Assembly: GCA_016213065.1 (NCBI GenBank)
Contig: JACRBV010000119.1
Coordinates: forward strand, 1-41,899
DNA from: Deltaproteobacteria bacterium
Lineage (GTDB): Bacteria; UBA10199; SPLOWO2-01-44-7
Length of the DNA: 41,899 bases
Direction: 5' to 3'
Positions within the stretch are counted from its first letter, which is position 1. Every line of letters begins with the position of its first letter. The position numbers and the translations under genes were made by a program. The notes under the pieces were generated by a model. The model made no database searches and was not told where the DNA came from. It saw only the letters and a list, made by a program, of their open reading frames with translations. Shown one piece after another: positions 14,850-22,070 of the stretch.

Positions 14850-16037
14850 TCAAGGCGGGTGGCCTGTGGCCAAAGCTACGGGATAACCCATCCCCTTGGG
14901 AACTTTGAGGGGATAGCCGGGCGGGAGGGGAAGACCGCCGTTAAAAACTTCCGAACGGATGGCGGGATTAAGGCGCCGTAAAGCTTTCATATCTATGGCA
15001 AGTCTGCCGGCCATTTCGGGAAGATTTAGAAAATCAGGCGTTTTGACGATATCGTATTGCTCCAACAAATCATTTTCCGGCGTTCCGAAGGTTTCCTTTT
15101 GCCATTTAAGAATTTCCGCCACCGCCAAAAATTCCGGATAATAATTTCGAGACCAAAATCCGTAAGCGGGATCGTCATATTCATGAATGATAACGGCGAT
15201 ATCTTTGGTCTTCAATTTTTTCCACGCCTTCTCAATCCGCCCAAGACCGGAATGATAGGAATTGACGGCCAAGCCCCAATCCCCGGTTCTTCGATGCAAA
15301 TCCTTGAGAAGGCGGGCGGCGCCATCGGAAGCGTGAATCGGATCATTGCGTCCGTCCCAAAAGGAATTCATGGGAACATATTCTTTTCCGATCTTCGGCA
15401 TAAATTGCCACAAACCCGATGCCCCGATTTCCGAAAGTGCTTTGGGATTAAACATGGATTCAATAAACATCAACGCCGTCAGTTCCCCGGGCAAACCATA
15501 AGATTCAAAAACGGCTTCAATGTCTCCCAGAGTTTGGGTGGACTTGGCAATTGCAGACTGAAGATTGGATCGCTGTCCCACCTGCACGCGAATGCGGTTT
15601 TGCGCCTCCCTGTATTCCGCACTCAAAGGTTTTTTCAGGCGTAAGGAACAGGACAAAAACATTTTTTCATAATATTTTTCTTCGGGAGTCAATTTTTCCT
15701 GCTGAACACCTTGGGCCAGATGTTCCAAAGAAACCGTGATTTTTTCACGGACATTTACCACTTGAGTACGAATGATTTCCTCTTTTTGTTTCGGAGAAAG
15801 ATCTTTGCGCTCCCCTATTTTGGAAAAATCCAGAACTTGGTAGAGAACATTGAGACACTTGTCATCATGAAGGAGAACTTGCCTGCGGTCATAGGTGCCA
15901 AAAACCGTTTTCCAAAAACGAACTTCATCGGAAAGGGAAGGGGGAGAAGGAAAGTGCTTGAGTGCGTAAGTGCTTGAGTGCGTCGGTGCCGGAGAAAAGA
16001 AAAAACCAATAAAGACAAGAAACAACAGACGCAACAT
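14850..16037 (-). CDS. Lytic murein transglycosylase, MltD-like (SLT domain + LysM-like C-terminus)
   Basis: SLT catalytic motif ...LMFIESMFNPKALSEIGASGLWQFMP...AVNSYHSG. The C-terminal YDIVKTPDFLNLPEMAGRLAIDMKALRRLNP is LysM-like. The track start at 16049 is a TTG. I use ATG 16037 (MLRLLFLVFIGFFFSPAPTHS is the signal peptide). Confidence 0.85.
   Translation of the reverse strand: MLRLLFLVFIGFFFSPAPTHSSTYALKHFPSPPSLSDEVRFWKTVFGTYDRRQVLLHDDKCLNVLYQVLDFSKIGERKDLSPKQKEEIIRTQVVNVREKITVSLEHLAQGVQQEKLTPEEKYYEKMFLSCSLRLKKPLSAEYREAQNRIRVQVGQRSNLQSAIAKSTQTLGDIEAVFESYGLPGELTALMFIESMFNPKALSEIGASGLWQFMPKIGKEYVPMNSFWDGRNDPIHASDGAARLLKDLHRRTGDWGLAVNSYHSGLGRIEKAWKKLKTKDIAVIIHEYDDPAYGFWSRNYYPEFLAVAEILKWQKETFGTPENDLLEQYDIVKTPDFLNLPEMAGRLAIDMKALRRLNPAIRSEVFNGGLPLPPGYPLKVPKGMGYPVALATGHPP
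15953..15992. repeat. Octamer tandem repeat (AGTGCKTN x4-5), inside the 5' coding region of the MltD-like gene
   Basis: AGTGCTTG AGTGCGTA AGTGCTTG AGTGCGTC GGTGCCGG. Confidence 0.8.
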
Positions 16038-16052
16038 TTTTTTATCCAACTT

Positions 16053-16076
16053 AAGTACTTACGTACTTACGCACTT
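16053..16076. repeat. Octamer tandem repeat, inverted partner (ACGYACTT x3) in the MltD-like 5' UTR
   Basis: AAGTACTT ACGTACTT ACGCACTT. The reverse complement AAGTGCGTAAGT... matches AGTGCGTAAGT in the 15953-15992 array as an 11-nt perfect match. Confidence 0.8.
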
Positions 16077-16079
16077 TTT

Positions 16080-16448
16080 TTACGTGCCACATTCTTTTGG
16101 AAACCGGTATTTCACAATCAGATCACAATTTTGATGCTGAAGAATTTGTTGGCATTGATCCGCATGGGGCCATTGGGTGGTATCGGCAATTTTCCCGACG
16201 AGCGAAAAAAGATCCCGCGTCATCCCGTCCACACAGTCCCCGTCGCTCCACTTTACCCGGCATTCATTGAGTCTTTGACAAATCGCACCGGCGATTTTTT
16301 TTGTCTCATCCAGAAGCGGCTGAAGGTCCTTCGCGGCCTTGATTTCCGGCGCTTTTTGAACCGGCGCCGTTTCAGCTTTTTGAGGCGCCTTGCGGCACCC
16401 TGTCACAGCTACAAAAAAAACTAAGAGAATGAAAAATATTTTCTTCAT
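16080..16448 (-). CDS. Small Cys-rich lipoprotein, unknown function
   Basis: MKKIFFILLVFFVAVTGC carries the lipobox VTGC. GGAGGA lies 6 nt upstream of ATG 16448; the track start at 16454 abuts the SD. Confidence 0.6.
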   Translation of the reverse strand: MKKIFFILLVFFVAVTGCRKAPQKAETAPVQKAPEIKAAKDLQPLLDETKKIAGAICQRLNECRVKWSDGDCVDGMTRDLFSLVGKIADTTQWPHADQCQQILQHQNCDLIVKYRFPKECGT

Positions 16449-16450
16449 GT

Positions 16451-17008
16451 TCATTCCTCCATGACAATTTTCGTTACTGTCAGTTTTGCCTTGACCACGG
16501 GTGATTCTTTATCTTTTGCACTCAATTTCGCTTTGACCACCCGCATCAGCTGAGACGAAGTTTCCACCTGATGTAAAAACCGGATCAACTGCGGCAGTTC
16601 CGTTTCCGCATCAATATCCACCGTATATTCCTTGTAAAATTCGCGGACCTTTCCTTCCTGCGGTTTCATGTCCGCCAGCGTAACCTCATTGGCCCTTGCC
16701 GTTTTTTCAATTTCGGAGAGCATCATGGCCGCCTCCTCCCCCTTGCCGGACGGCTTTCTGATAAATTTGCGGTATTCCTCAAAACGCTTCCCGATATCTT
16801 CCTTCATGGTGATGTTGATCATGTTCTGTTCCAGTTTTTTTTCCTCTTCAACGGTTCGTTCTTTGAGTGAAACATAAGAATCATACAAGGGCCTCGCCAC
16901 CAGAAAATCCGCGAGCAAAAACGCCAGAACGGCCGCTGTGCCCAGCGAAAGCATTTTCTCCCTTTTGGAGAGTTTGTCAAACCTTGCTTGTATATCTTTG
17001 ATATTCAT
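16451..17008 (-). CDS. PilO/GspM-like inner-membrane assembly protein
   Basis: 185 aa with an N-terminal coiled segment, a single TM (LSLGTAAVLAFLLADFLVA) and a ~110-aa periplasmic alpha/beta domain. Sits directly after the PilM-PilN gene. Called from architecture and position rather than a strong motif. Confidence 0.55.
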   Translation of the reverse strand: MNIKDIQARFDKLSKREKMLSLGTAAVLAFLLADFLVARPLYDSYVSLKERTVEEEKKLEQNMINITMKEDIGKRFEEYRKFIRKPSGKGEEAAMMLSEIEKTARANEVTLADMKPQEGKVREFYKEYTVDIDAETELPQLIRFLHQVETSSQLMRVVKAKLSAKDKESPVVKAKLTVTKIVMEE

Positions 17009-18463
17009 TTATAATCCGCACACAATTTCAAATTCAGACATGTTTTTGTCGCCCATTTTTTTCTTGCTCACCTGCTCGGATTTCACGGTCTTGAATATCT
17101 TCAGACTTTCCAGCGCCTTTGCATATTCAAAAACCTCGGACATCTCGCCCGCGTAACCTTTCAGGATGATTTTGTCTCCATCCAGATAATCGAGGGAATC
17201 AAAATAAACCGAATGAGGAATAGAGGCGGATATTTCCTTCAAGTATTTCAGAAAAGATTTGTCGGCATTCGTCCTGTTCTGGATCATTTTCAACTTTTTG
17301 ACCTTTCCCTCGACATCGGAAGCCGCTTCCGACGTTCTTTCAATATTTTTTTCCAGCTCTGAAATATAACGAAGCCGCTTGTAAAAATCCCCGCCGATGA
17401 AAAAAAGAATGGCGGCGATCAGCGCCAAAGAGAGCGCTCCGGTCAGCATGAGCTGTTTTCCCCTTTTTTTCACCAACCGTTTGAGCTTCACTTCTTCCGG
17501 GGTAAGATCAAAGAGAAGCCGGATCCCGCCGTTTCCAAATCCGATCAAAGATGCAATGGAGGGTGCGGATTCTTCCGGTCCGCGCGCAAAATCCACATCC
17601 ATGGCGGGATCCATCAGCTCCACGGACATTTCAAGGACCTCTTCCATTTTCTCCCTCAAACAGGAAAATTTTCCGACCGGTCCTGCCAGCACCGCCTTTT
17701 CAGGAGAATCAAGGCTGGCTTCATCCATCGTGAGCTTCACAACCTTTTTGAGTTCCTCGCAATATCTTCCGGCCGTATCCGCCCCAACCGGATCGGTCAG
17801 GGTAAAGGAAAATCCCCTCGAGAAAGCAAAAGCTCCGTTTTTGCAAAAAACCACATCCGTGGAAGTCGCGTCGGGTTCCACCAGCATAATCACGCCGCCT
17901 GACACAGCCAGATCGTTCTCTTTTTGCCTTTTCAGATACCAGCGCAAAAGCCCTTCCGAGCTGATGCCGATGCGATCCACTTTCAGACCGGATTGTTCCA
18001 AAATATCCAGTCTTTCATCCACGAACTTGCGTTGACAAAACGCGATGACGACGTCGCTGTATCCTTCTTCCTTGCGGCTTGCGGTCACCGCATAAGAGAT
18101 GACCACTTCGTTTCTGGAATACGGCGTCTGCTTGACCGCCTGCATCTTGACAATGTCGTCTATTTCGCCGTGTTCCGTGGATGGAATTTCGATCAGCCTT
18201 AAATTCACCATGTTTCTCGGCAGATATGTCGTCACATGCCGGCTTTGAAGCGCCACTTCCTTTAAAATTTTCGGAATGGCTTCGTGCAAGGGTTCGCGAA
18301 TCTCTGAAATTGATTTTGTCTTGAGATACGTTTCCGTTTTTTTCTTTCGGGTGAGGACCTGAAAAATTTTAAGGCAATCCGTGCCGATCTCCACGACAAC
18401 GCTTGCGCCGGATTTTTTAAAAAGATTCGTTTTAAAAAAATTCAAAAGATCCATTTTATTCAT
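17009..18463 (-). CDS. PilM-PilN fusion (GspL-like: actin-like ATPase fold + TM + PilN-type periplasmic domain)
   Basis: The N-terminal ~320 aa are PilM-like (VVVEIGTDCLKIFQV..., ...MLVEPDATSTDVVFCKNGAFAFSRGFS...). They are followed by a TM (LMLTGALSLALIAAILFFIGG), a coiled coil and a PilN-like C-terminal domain. Confidence 0.7.
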   Translation of the reverse strand: MNKMDLLNFFKTNLFKKSGASVVVEIGTDCLKIFQVLTRKKKTETYLKTKSISEIREPLHEAIPKILKEVALQSRHVTTYLPRNMVNLRLIEIPSTEHGEIDDIVKMQAVKQTPYSRNEVVISYAVTASRKEEGYSDVVIAFCQRKFVDERLDILEQSGLKVDRIGISSEGLLRWYLKRQKENDLAVSGGVIMLVEPDATSTDVVFCKNGAFAFSRGFSFTLTDPVGADTAGRYCEELKKVVKLTMDEASLDSPEKAVLAGPVGKFSCLREKMEEVLEMSVELMDPAMDVDFARGPEESAPSIASLIGFGNGGIRLLFDLTPEEVKLKRLVKKRGKQLMLTGALSLALIAAILFFIGGDFYKRLRYISELEKNIERTSEAASDVEGKVKKLKMIQNRTNADKSFLKYLKEISASIPHSVYFDSLDYLDGDKIILKGYAGEMSEVFEYAKALESLKIFKTVKSEQVSKKKMGDKNMSEFEIVCGL

Positions 18464-19427
18464 TCCATGATTTTAATTCACCGTTTCGATTGACGACAAA
18501 ACCAATGCTTTTTCTGCGTTGTCCTCCAAAATCAATGACCAGATTGCCCCGATAAACATCGGAACGCACGCCCAAAAGTCCCAAAGACACCGCCCGTTCC
18601 AACTCCGCCTTATCTTCACCGCCAAGTCCCAAGGTTTCCGCGATAAGGCCTATCTGCAACGTCTGCTCAAAAATCACATTTTTTCTTGAACCGGCAATAG
18701 TTTGGGCCCCACCATATGAAAGGCCGAGACAGCGAAGGGTATCCACATCCGCCGTATTGATATTGACTTGTCCCAAACCATAAATCGTCACTGCCCCCCG
18801 GATTTTTTCAAAAACTTTCGCGGACATTCCGGGAATCCACCAAAGTTCTTCCATCGCCTCCAAATCCGCGTTTTTGCACGAGTAGGGTTTTTGGAGCTTC
18901 TCGCATTCTTCCGTCTCATTTTCCTTTCCACCCTCTTTTACCACATTGGCATCTCGCCAATCCACAAGACTCAAAGAAAAATTTTCAGCTTCAGACGGCG
19001 TCATTTGTCCCATGATCTGAAACACCTTCGAAAGAACATCGGCCGGTACACGGTTGATATTTATTTTTCCCTCTTCATCCGTCAGGCCGAAGCGTCCTTC
19101 CCTCCCCAACAGACTGTAGTGTACGCCATCAAAAGAAATATCTTTAAACCGAGTCTTGTCATCCGCCCATCCCTCTTCAATCCCGTCATAGCCTTGGGTT
19201 TTGTCGTCTTTGATAATGCTCAAGGCCTCTTCAAACACCCGGCCGGAAACAGCAAACGACTTGGCCATCCATTTTATCCTGTTGGCCGCGTCACTGTTCG
19301 CGGACACAAGTCCTCCCACCGCCACGGCCAAAATCGCCAAAAATGTGACGGCCCAAAGGCTTAAAATAGCTATGGACCCTCGCTCCCCGCGATGCTCACG
19401 GAAAAACGATTGTAAATTGTCTTTCAT
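18456..19427 (-). CDS. gspK: T2SS minor pseudopilin GspK-like
   Basis: N-terminus ERGSIAILSLWAVTFLAILAVAVGG. Helix-hairpin-helix-like segments (INRVPADVLSKV, VNINTADVDTLRCL) are characteristic of GspK. Confidence 0.65.
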   Translation of the reverse strand: MKDNLQSFFREHRGERGSIAILSLWAVTFLAILAVAVGGLVSANSDAANRIKWMAKSFAVSGRVFEEALSIIKDDKTQGYDGIEEGWADDKTRFKDISFDGVHYSLLGREGRFGLTDEEGKININRVPADVLSKVFQIMGQMTPSEAENFSLSLVDWRDANVVKEGGKENETEECEKLQKPYSCKNADLEAMEELWWIPGMSAKVFEKIRGAVTIYGLGQVNINTADVDTLRCLGLSYGGAQTIAGSRKNVIFEQTLQIGLIAETLGLGGEDKAELERAVSLGLLGVRSDVYRGNLVIDFGGQRRKSIGFVVNRNGELKSWNE

Positions 19428-19950
19428 TGTTGTCCGCCATAACGGTTTTTAAACGCACGGCCTGTGGGGCCTTATTTTCTTTCCAAGCCGTTTGCCATAA
19501 ATGCGAATCCTGATATTCGAAGATGATTTTTTTGACGCCCTGAATTTCTTTCTGGCATTCTTTTTTAATCCCTTTGATCCAATCGGCATAGGAGGTTTTT
19601 TCGAAGCAAAGGCTTTGAGATGCCGCATCATAATAATAGCGGATGCGCCCCGGTTCCTGATGGAGCGCCTCTCCCTCTTTGTCCGTCTTTACCAAAACAA
19701 GGCCCGGAAAAGAAATTTCGTTTTCCGCGCCCTCAAATCCGATGGCCTTGAAGGCAAAACTGTTCCGTAAATTTTTCTGCATTTTTTCCAGAGCCAAAAA
19801 TAGATGCATCTCGCTGGCACCCCGATCCAGACGTTTCCAAATGTGGACTCCCGCGGAGAGGGAGGAATAAATCGCGAGGGCAATCACCGCCACAATGGAA
19901 ACGACGAGGAGCATTTCAATCAGCATGAAGCCGTTTTTATTTTCTGACAT
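19396..19950 (-). CDS. Minor pseudopilin (GspJ-like), prepilin-type N-terminal methylation motif
   Basis: MSENKNG/FMLIEMLLVVSIVAVIALAIY is the class III signal (G/F-x-L-x-E). Confidence 0.65.
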   Translation of the reverse strand: MSENKNGFMLIEMLLVVSIVAVIALAIYSSLSAGVHIWKRLDRGASEMHLFLALEKMQKNLRNSFAFKAIGFEGAENEISFPGLVLVKTDKEGEALHQEPGRIRYYYDAASQSLCFEKTSYADWIKGIKKECQKEIQGVKKIIFEYQDSHLWQTAWKENKAPQAVRLKTVMADNNERQFTIVFP

Positions 19951-20308
19951 AAGTTGCCGCCGTCAGTTTGCGGCCGCTTCCTTTTTTTTCCACTTCAACT
20001 TCCAGTTCGTAGAGATCCTTTGGCAGTGCCTTTTTGATTTTTGTCGTCCATTCCCAATGGCCTTCCTTTCCGCTTTGACTCGCGGATATTCCAGAATCGA
20101 AGCGCATTCCCAACCGGCCCTCCGCCATTTTCTGATGAAGAATCCAAAAACCTTCGGCCGTGAACTGCGCTCTTTTATACGCCTCCAACGCGGTATGGTA
20201 ACCCCCGATAATAGGAATCAGCCCAACCGCCAAAATGACCACACTCAAAAGAACTTCAATGAGTGTAAAGCCCTTGCAATTCTTAGTCCCAGTTTCCAAT
20301 GTCGTCAT
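19937..20308 (-). CDS. Minor pseudopilin (GspI/H-like), prepilin-type N-terminus
   Basis: ...NCKG/FTLIEVLLSVVILAVGLIPIIGG. 123 aa. Confidence 0.65.
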   Translation of the reverse strand: MTTLETGTKNCKGFTLIEVLLSVVILAVGLIPIIGGYHTALEAYKRAQFTAEGFWILHQKMAEGRLGMRFDSGISASQSGKEGHWEWTTKIKKALPKDLYELEVEVEKKGSGRKLTAATYVRK

Positions 20309-20690
20309 TGCTCTCTACCCCATCCCTCCCCGTGGAAAAAAGATCATAACCGTTTGGATTATGCGTGCCCGGGGATTTATATTTATAAGGCCTGCCCCAT
20401 GGGTCCACCGGTTTGTTCGTCAAATACGGTCCGTTCCACTGAGAACCGTTGGATCCGGATGGGGCATGAAACAGGATTTCGAGTCCTTCTGCCGTGGTGG
20501 GAAAAGCCCCCATGTCGATTTCGTACATCTTCAGGCCCGTAGCGATGTTGGCGCGGATGTCCGCTTTCGCGGCCGTCATTTTTGCCTTTTCGGACCGCCC
20601 GGTGAGTCTTGGAACAACCATGGCGGCCAAGGCCGAAATAATGGCGACAACCAGAAGAATTTCAATCAGTGTAAAACCTTTTTTGTTCAT
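20283..20690 (-). CDS. gspG: T2SS major pseudopilin GspG
   Basis: MNKKG/FTLIEILLVVAIISALAAMVVPRL...AKADI...YEIDMGAFPTTAEGLEIL...GPYL...DPWGRPYKYKSPGTHNPNGYDLFSTGRDGVESNDDIGNW is the textbook GspG pattern, including the C-terminal Ca-binding DG...DDI.NW. SD GGGAGG lies upstream. Confidence 0.9.
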   Translation of the reverse strand: MNKKGFTLIEILLVVAIISALAAMVVPRLTGRSEKAKMTAAKADIRANIATGLKMYEIDMGAFPTTAEGLEILFHAPSGSNGSQWNGPYLTNKPVDPWGRPYKYKSPGTHNPNGYDLFSTGRDGVESNDDIGNWD

Positions 20691-21901
20691 ACGCCTCCCA
20701 TCACATCCATTTGGAATACAGGCAATAACATGGCAAAGACAATGAATCCGATAATACCGCCCACGGCCAAAATCAGCACCGGTTCGATAAGCGTCGTCGA
20801 GGATTTCAGCAATCCTTCAATCTCTTTTTCATACGTATCTGAAAGATAGGAAAGCGTCTTTCCCAGATGACCGCTTTCCTCTCCCACCGAAACCATGTCC
20901 AGCGCCATGGGAGGAAAATAGCTGATTTTTTTTAGTGCCACGGCAAGAGACGCCCCCTTGACTACCAAGTCCCCTTCCACTTCCTTAAAACGGTTTCCGA
21001 TGATTTCGTTGTCCACCGTCGCGGCAGACAACGGTACGGCCTTGAAAAGAGGGACACCATGATCCAAAAGAAGGCCCAGTGTCCTGCTGAAATTCAAAAC
21101 CGCGCTCTTAATCACAAGCGACCGGACAAAAGGAATTTTCAATTTTATTTCATCGAAGAAACGTTTTTTGGAAGACTGACCGCTCAGACGTTTGACAAAA
21201 GCGATTGCAAGGAGAACAAATCCCAAAATCCAATACCAGTTTCCGGAAAGAAAATGGCTGATCCCCAAAACCACGGCGGTAGGCCACGGCAGGTCCTGCT
21301 GATTGCTTAAATAAACTCCCAAAAGCCTCGGCAAAAAATAGGTGAGAAGAACAAATACGGTGAGGCTCCCCATCACCAAAATAAAAACAGGATAAACAAG
21401 CGCTCCCCAGATTTTTCCGCGAATTTCCTCGTTTCTTTCCTGATGGAGTGCTAACTTTTCTATCATTTCTCCCAAAACACCGCCGGACTCGCCGCCGCGC
21501 ACCATGTTGACCAAAAGGGGCGAAAAAACTTTGGGATTCTGCTCAAACGCCCCGGAAAGCGTTAATCCGGCACGCACGGAGGCAGACAGGTCCGCGGTGA
21601 GATTTTTCATACCGCCTTTGCGCGCCTGTCCCTCCAAAAGGACAAGAGCCTTGAGGACGGGGACGTTTCCCTTGAGGAGGTTCGCCAAATTTCGCATGAA
21701 GAGAAGAATTTCTTTTCTTTTGACGACAATGTCCGCGCGTTTTCTCGCGGAACTTTTCCCCGATCCGTCACTGGGCTTCAAGCGAATGGGCACCAATCCT
21801 TGGGCATCCAAAAGTTTCACGGCTTGATCTTCACTGGACGCCTCTAATTCTCCCTCAACCACTTCTTTGGGTCCCTTTTTTGCCTTGTAAATATATTTCA
21901 T
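20687..21901 (-). CDS. gspF: T2SS/T4P inner-membrane platform protein GspF/PilC
   Basis: 404 aa with two GspF-type repeats (FMRNLANLLKGNVPVLKALVLL...; FSRTLGLLLDHGVPLFKAVPLSAATVDNEII...). C-terminal TM LILAVGGIIGFIVFAMLLPVFQM. Confidence 0.9.
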   Translation of the reverse strand: MKYIYKAKKGPKEVVEGELEASSEDQAVKLLDAQGLVPIRLKPSDGSGKSSARKRADIVVKRKEILLFMRNLANLLKGNVPVLKALVLLEGQARKGGMKNLTADLSASVRAGLTLSGAFEQNPKVFSPLLVNMVRGGESGGVLGEMIEKLALHQERNEEIRGKIWGALVYPVFILVMGSLTVFVLLTYFLPRLLGVYLSNQQDLPWPTAVVLGISHFLSGNWYWILGFVLLAIAFVKRLSGQSSKKRFFDEIKLKIPFVRSLVIKSAVLNFSRTLGLLLDHGVPLFKAVPLSAATVDNEIIGNRFKEVEGDLVVKGASLAVALKKISYFPPMALDMVSVGEESGHLGKTLSYLSDTYEKEIEGLLKSSTTLIEPVLILAVGGIIGFIVFAMLLPVFQMDVMGGV

Positions 21902-21903
21902 AA

Positions 21904-22069
21904 AAATGCCTATGCATTTGAATCCCGTTCTGTCATTCCCGCGTAGGCGGGAATCCAGAAGCCCTTAAAATCACTGGATCCCCGCCGGAGTTTACCCCTG
22001 CGGAGGCAGGGGCGGGGATGACAAAAGAGGGCAAAAGTTTTCTTATAGGACTCAAGTGCATATGCATTT
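21904..22069. mobile_element. MITE-like palindromic element, copy 1 (166 bp), filling the gspE-gspF intergenic space
   Basis: Terminal inverted repeats are AAATGCCTATGCATTTGAATCCCG ... AGGACTCAAGTGCATATGCATTT. Two internal hairpins are GTCATTCCCGCGTAGGCGGGAATCCAG and CTGGATCCCCGCC...GGGGCGGGGATGAC. It is flanked by the direct repeat TTCATAA (21897-21903 and 22070-22076). Confidence 0.85.
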
Positions 22070-22070
22070 T

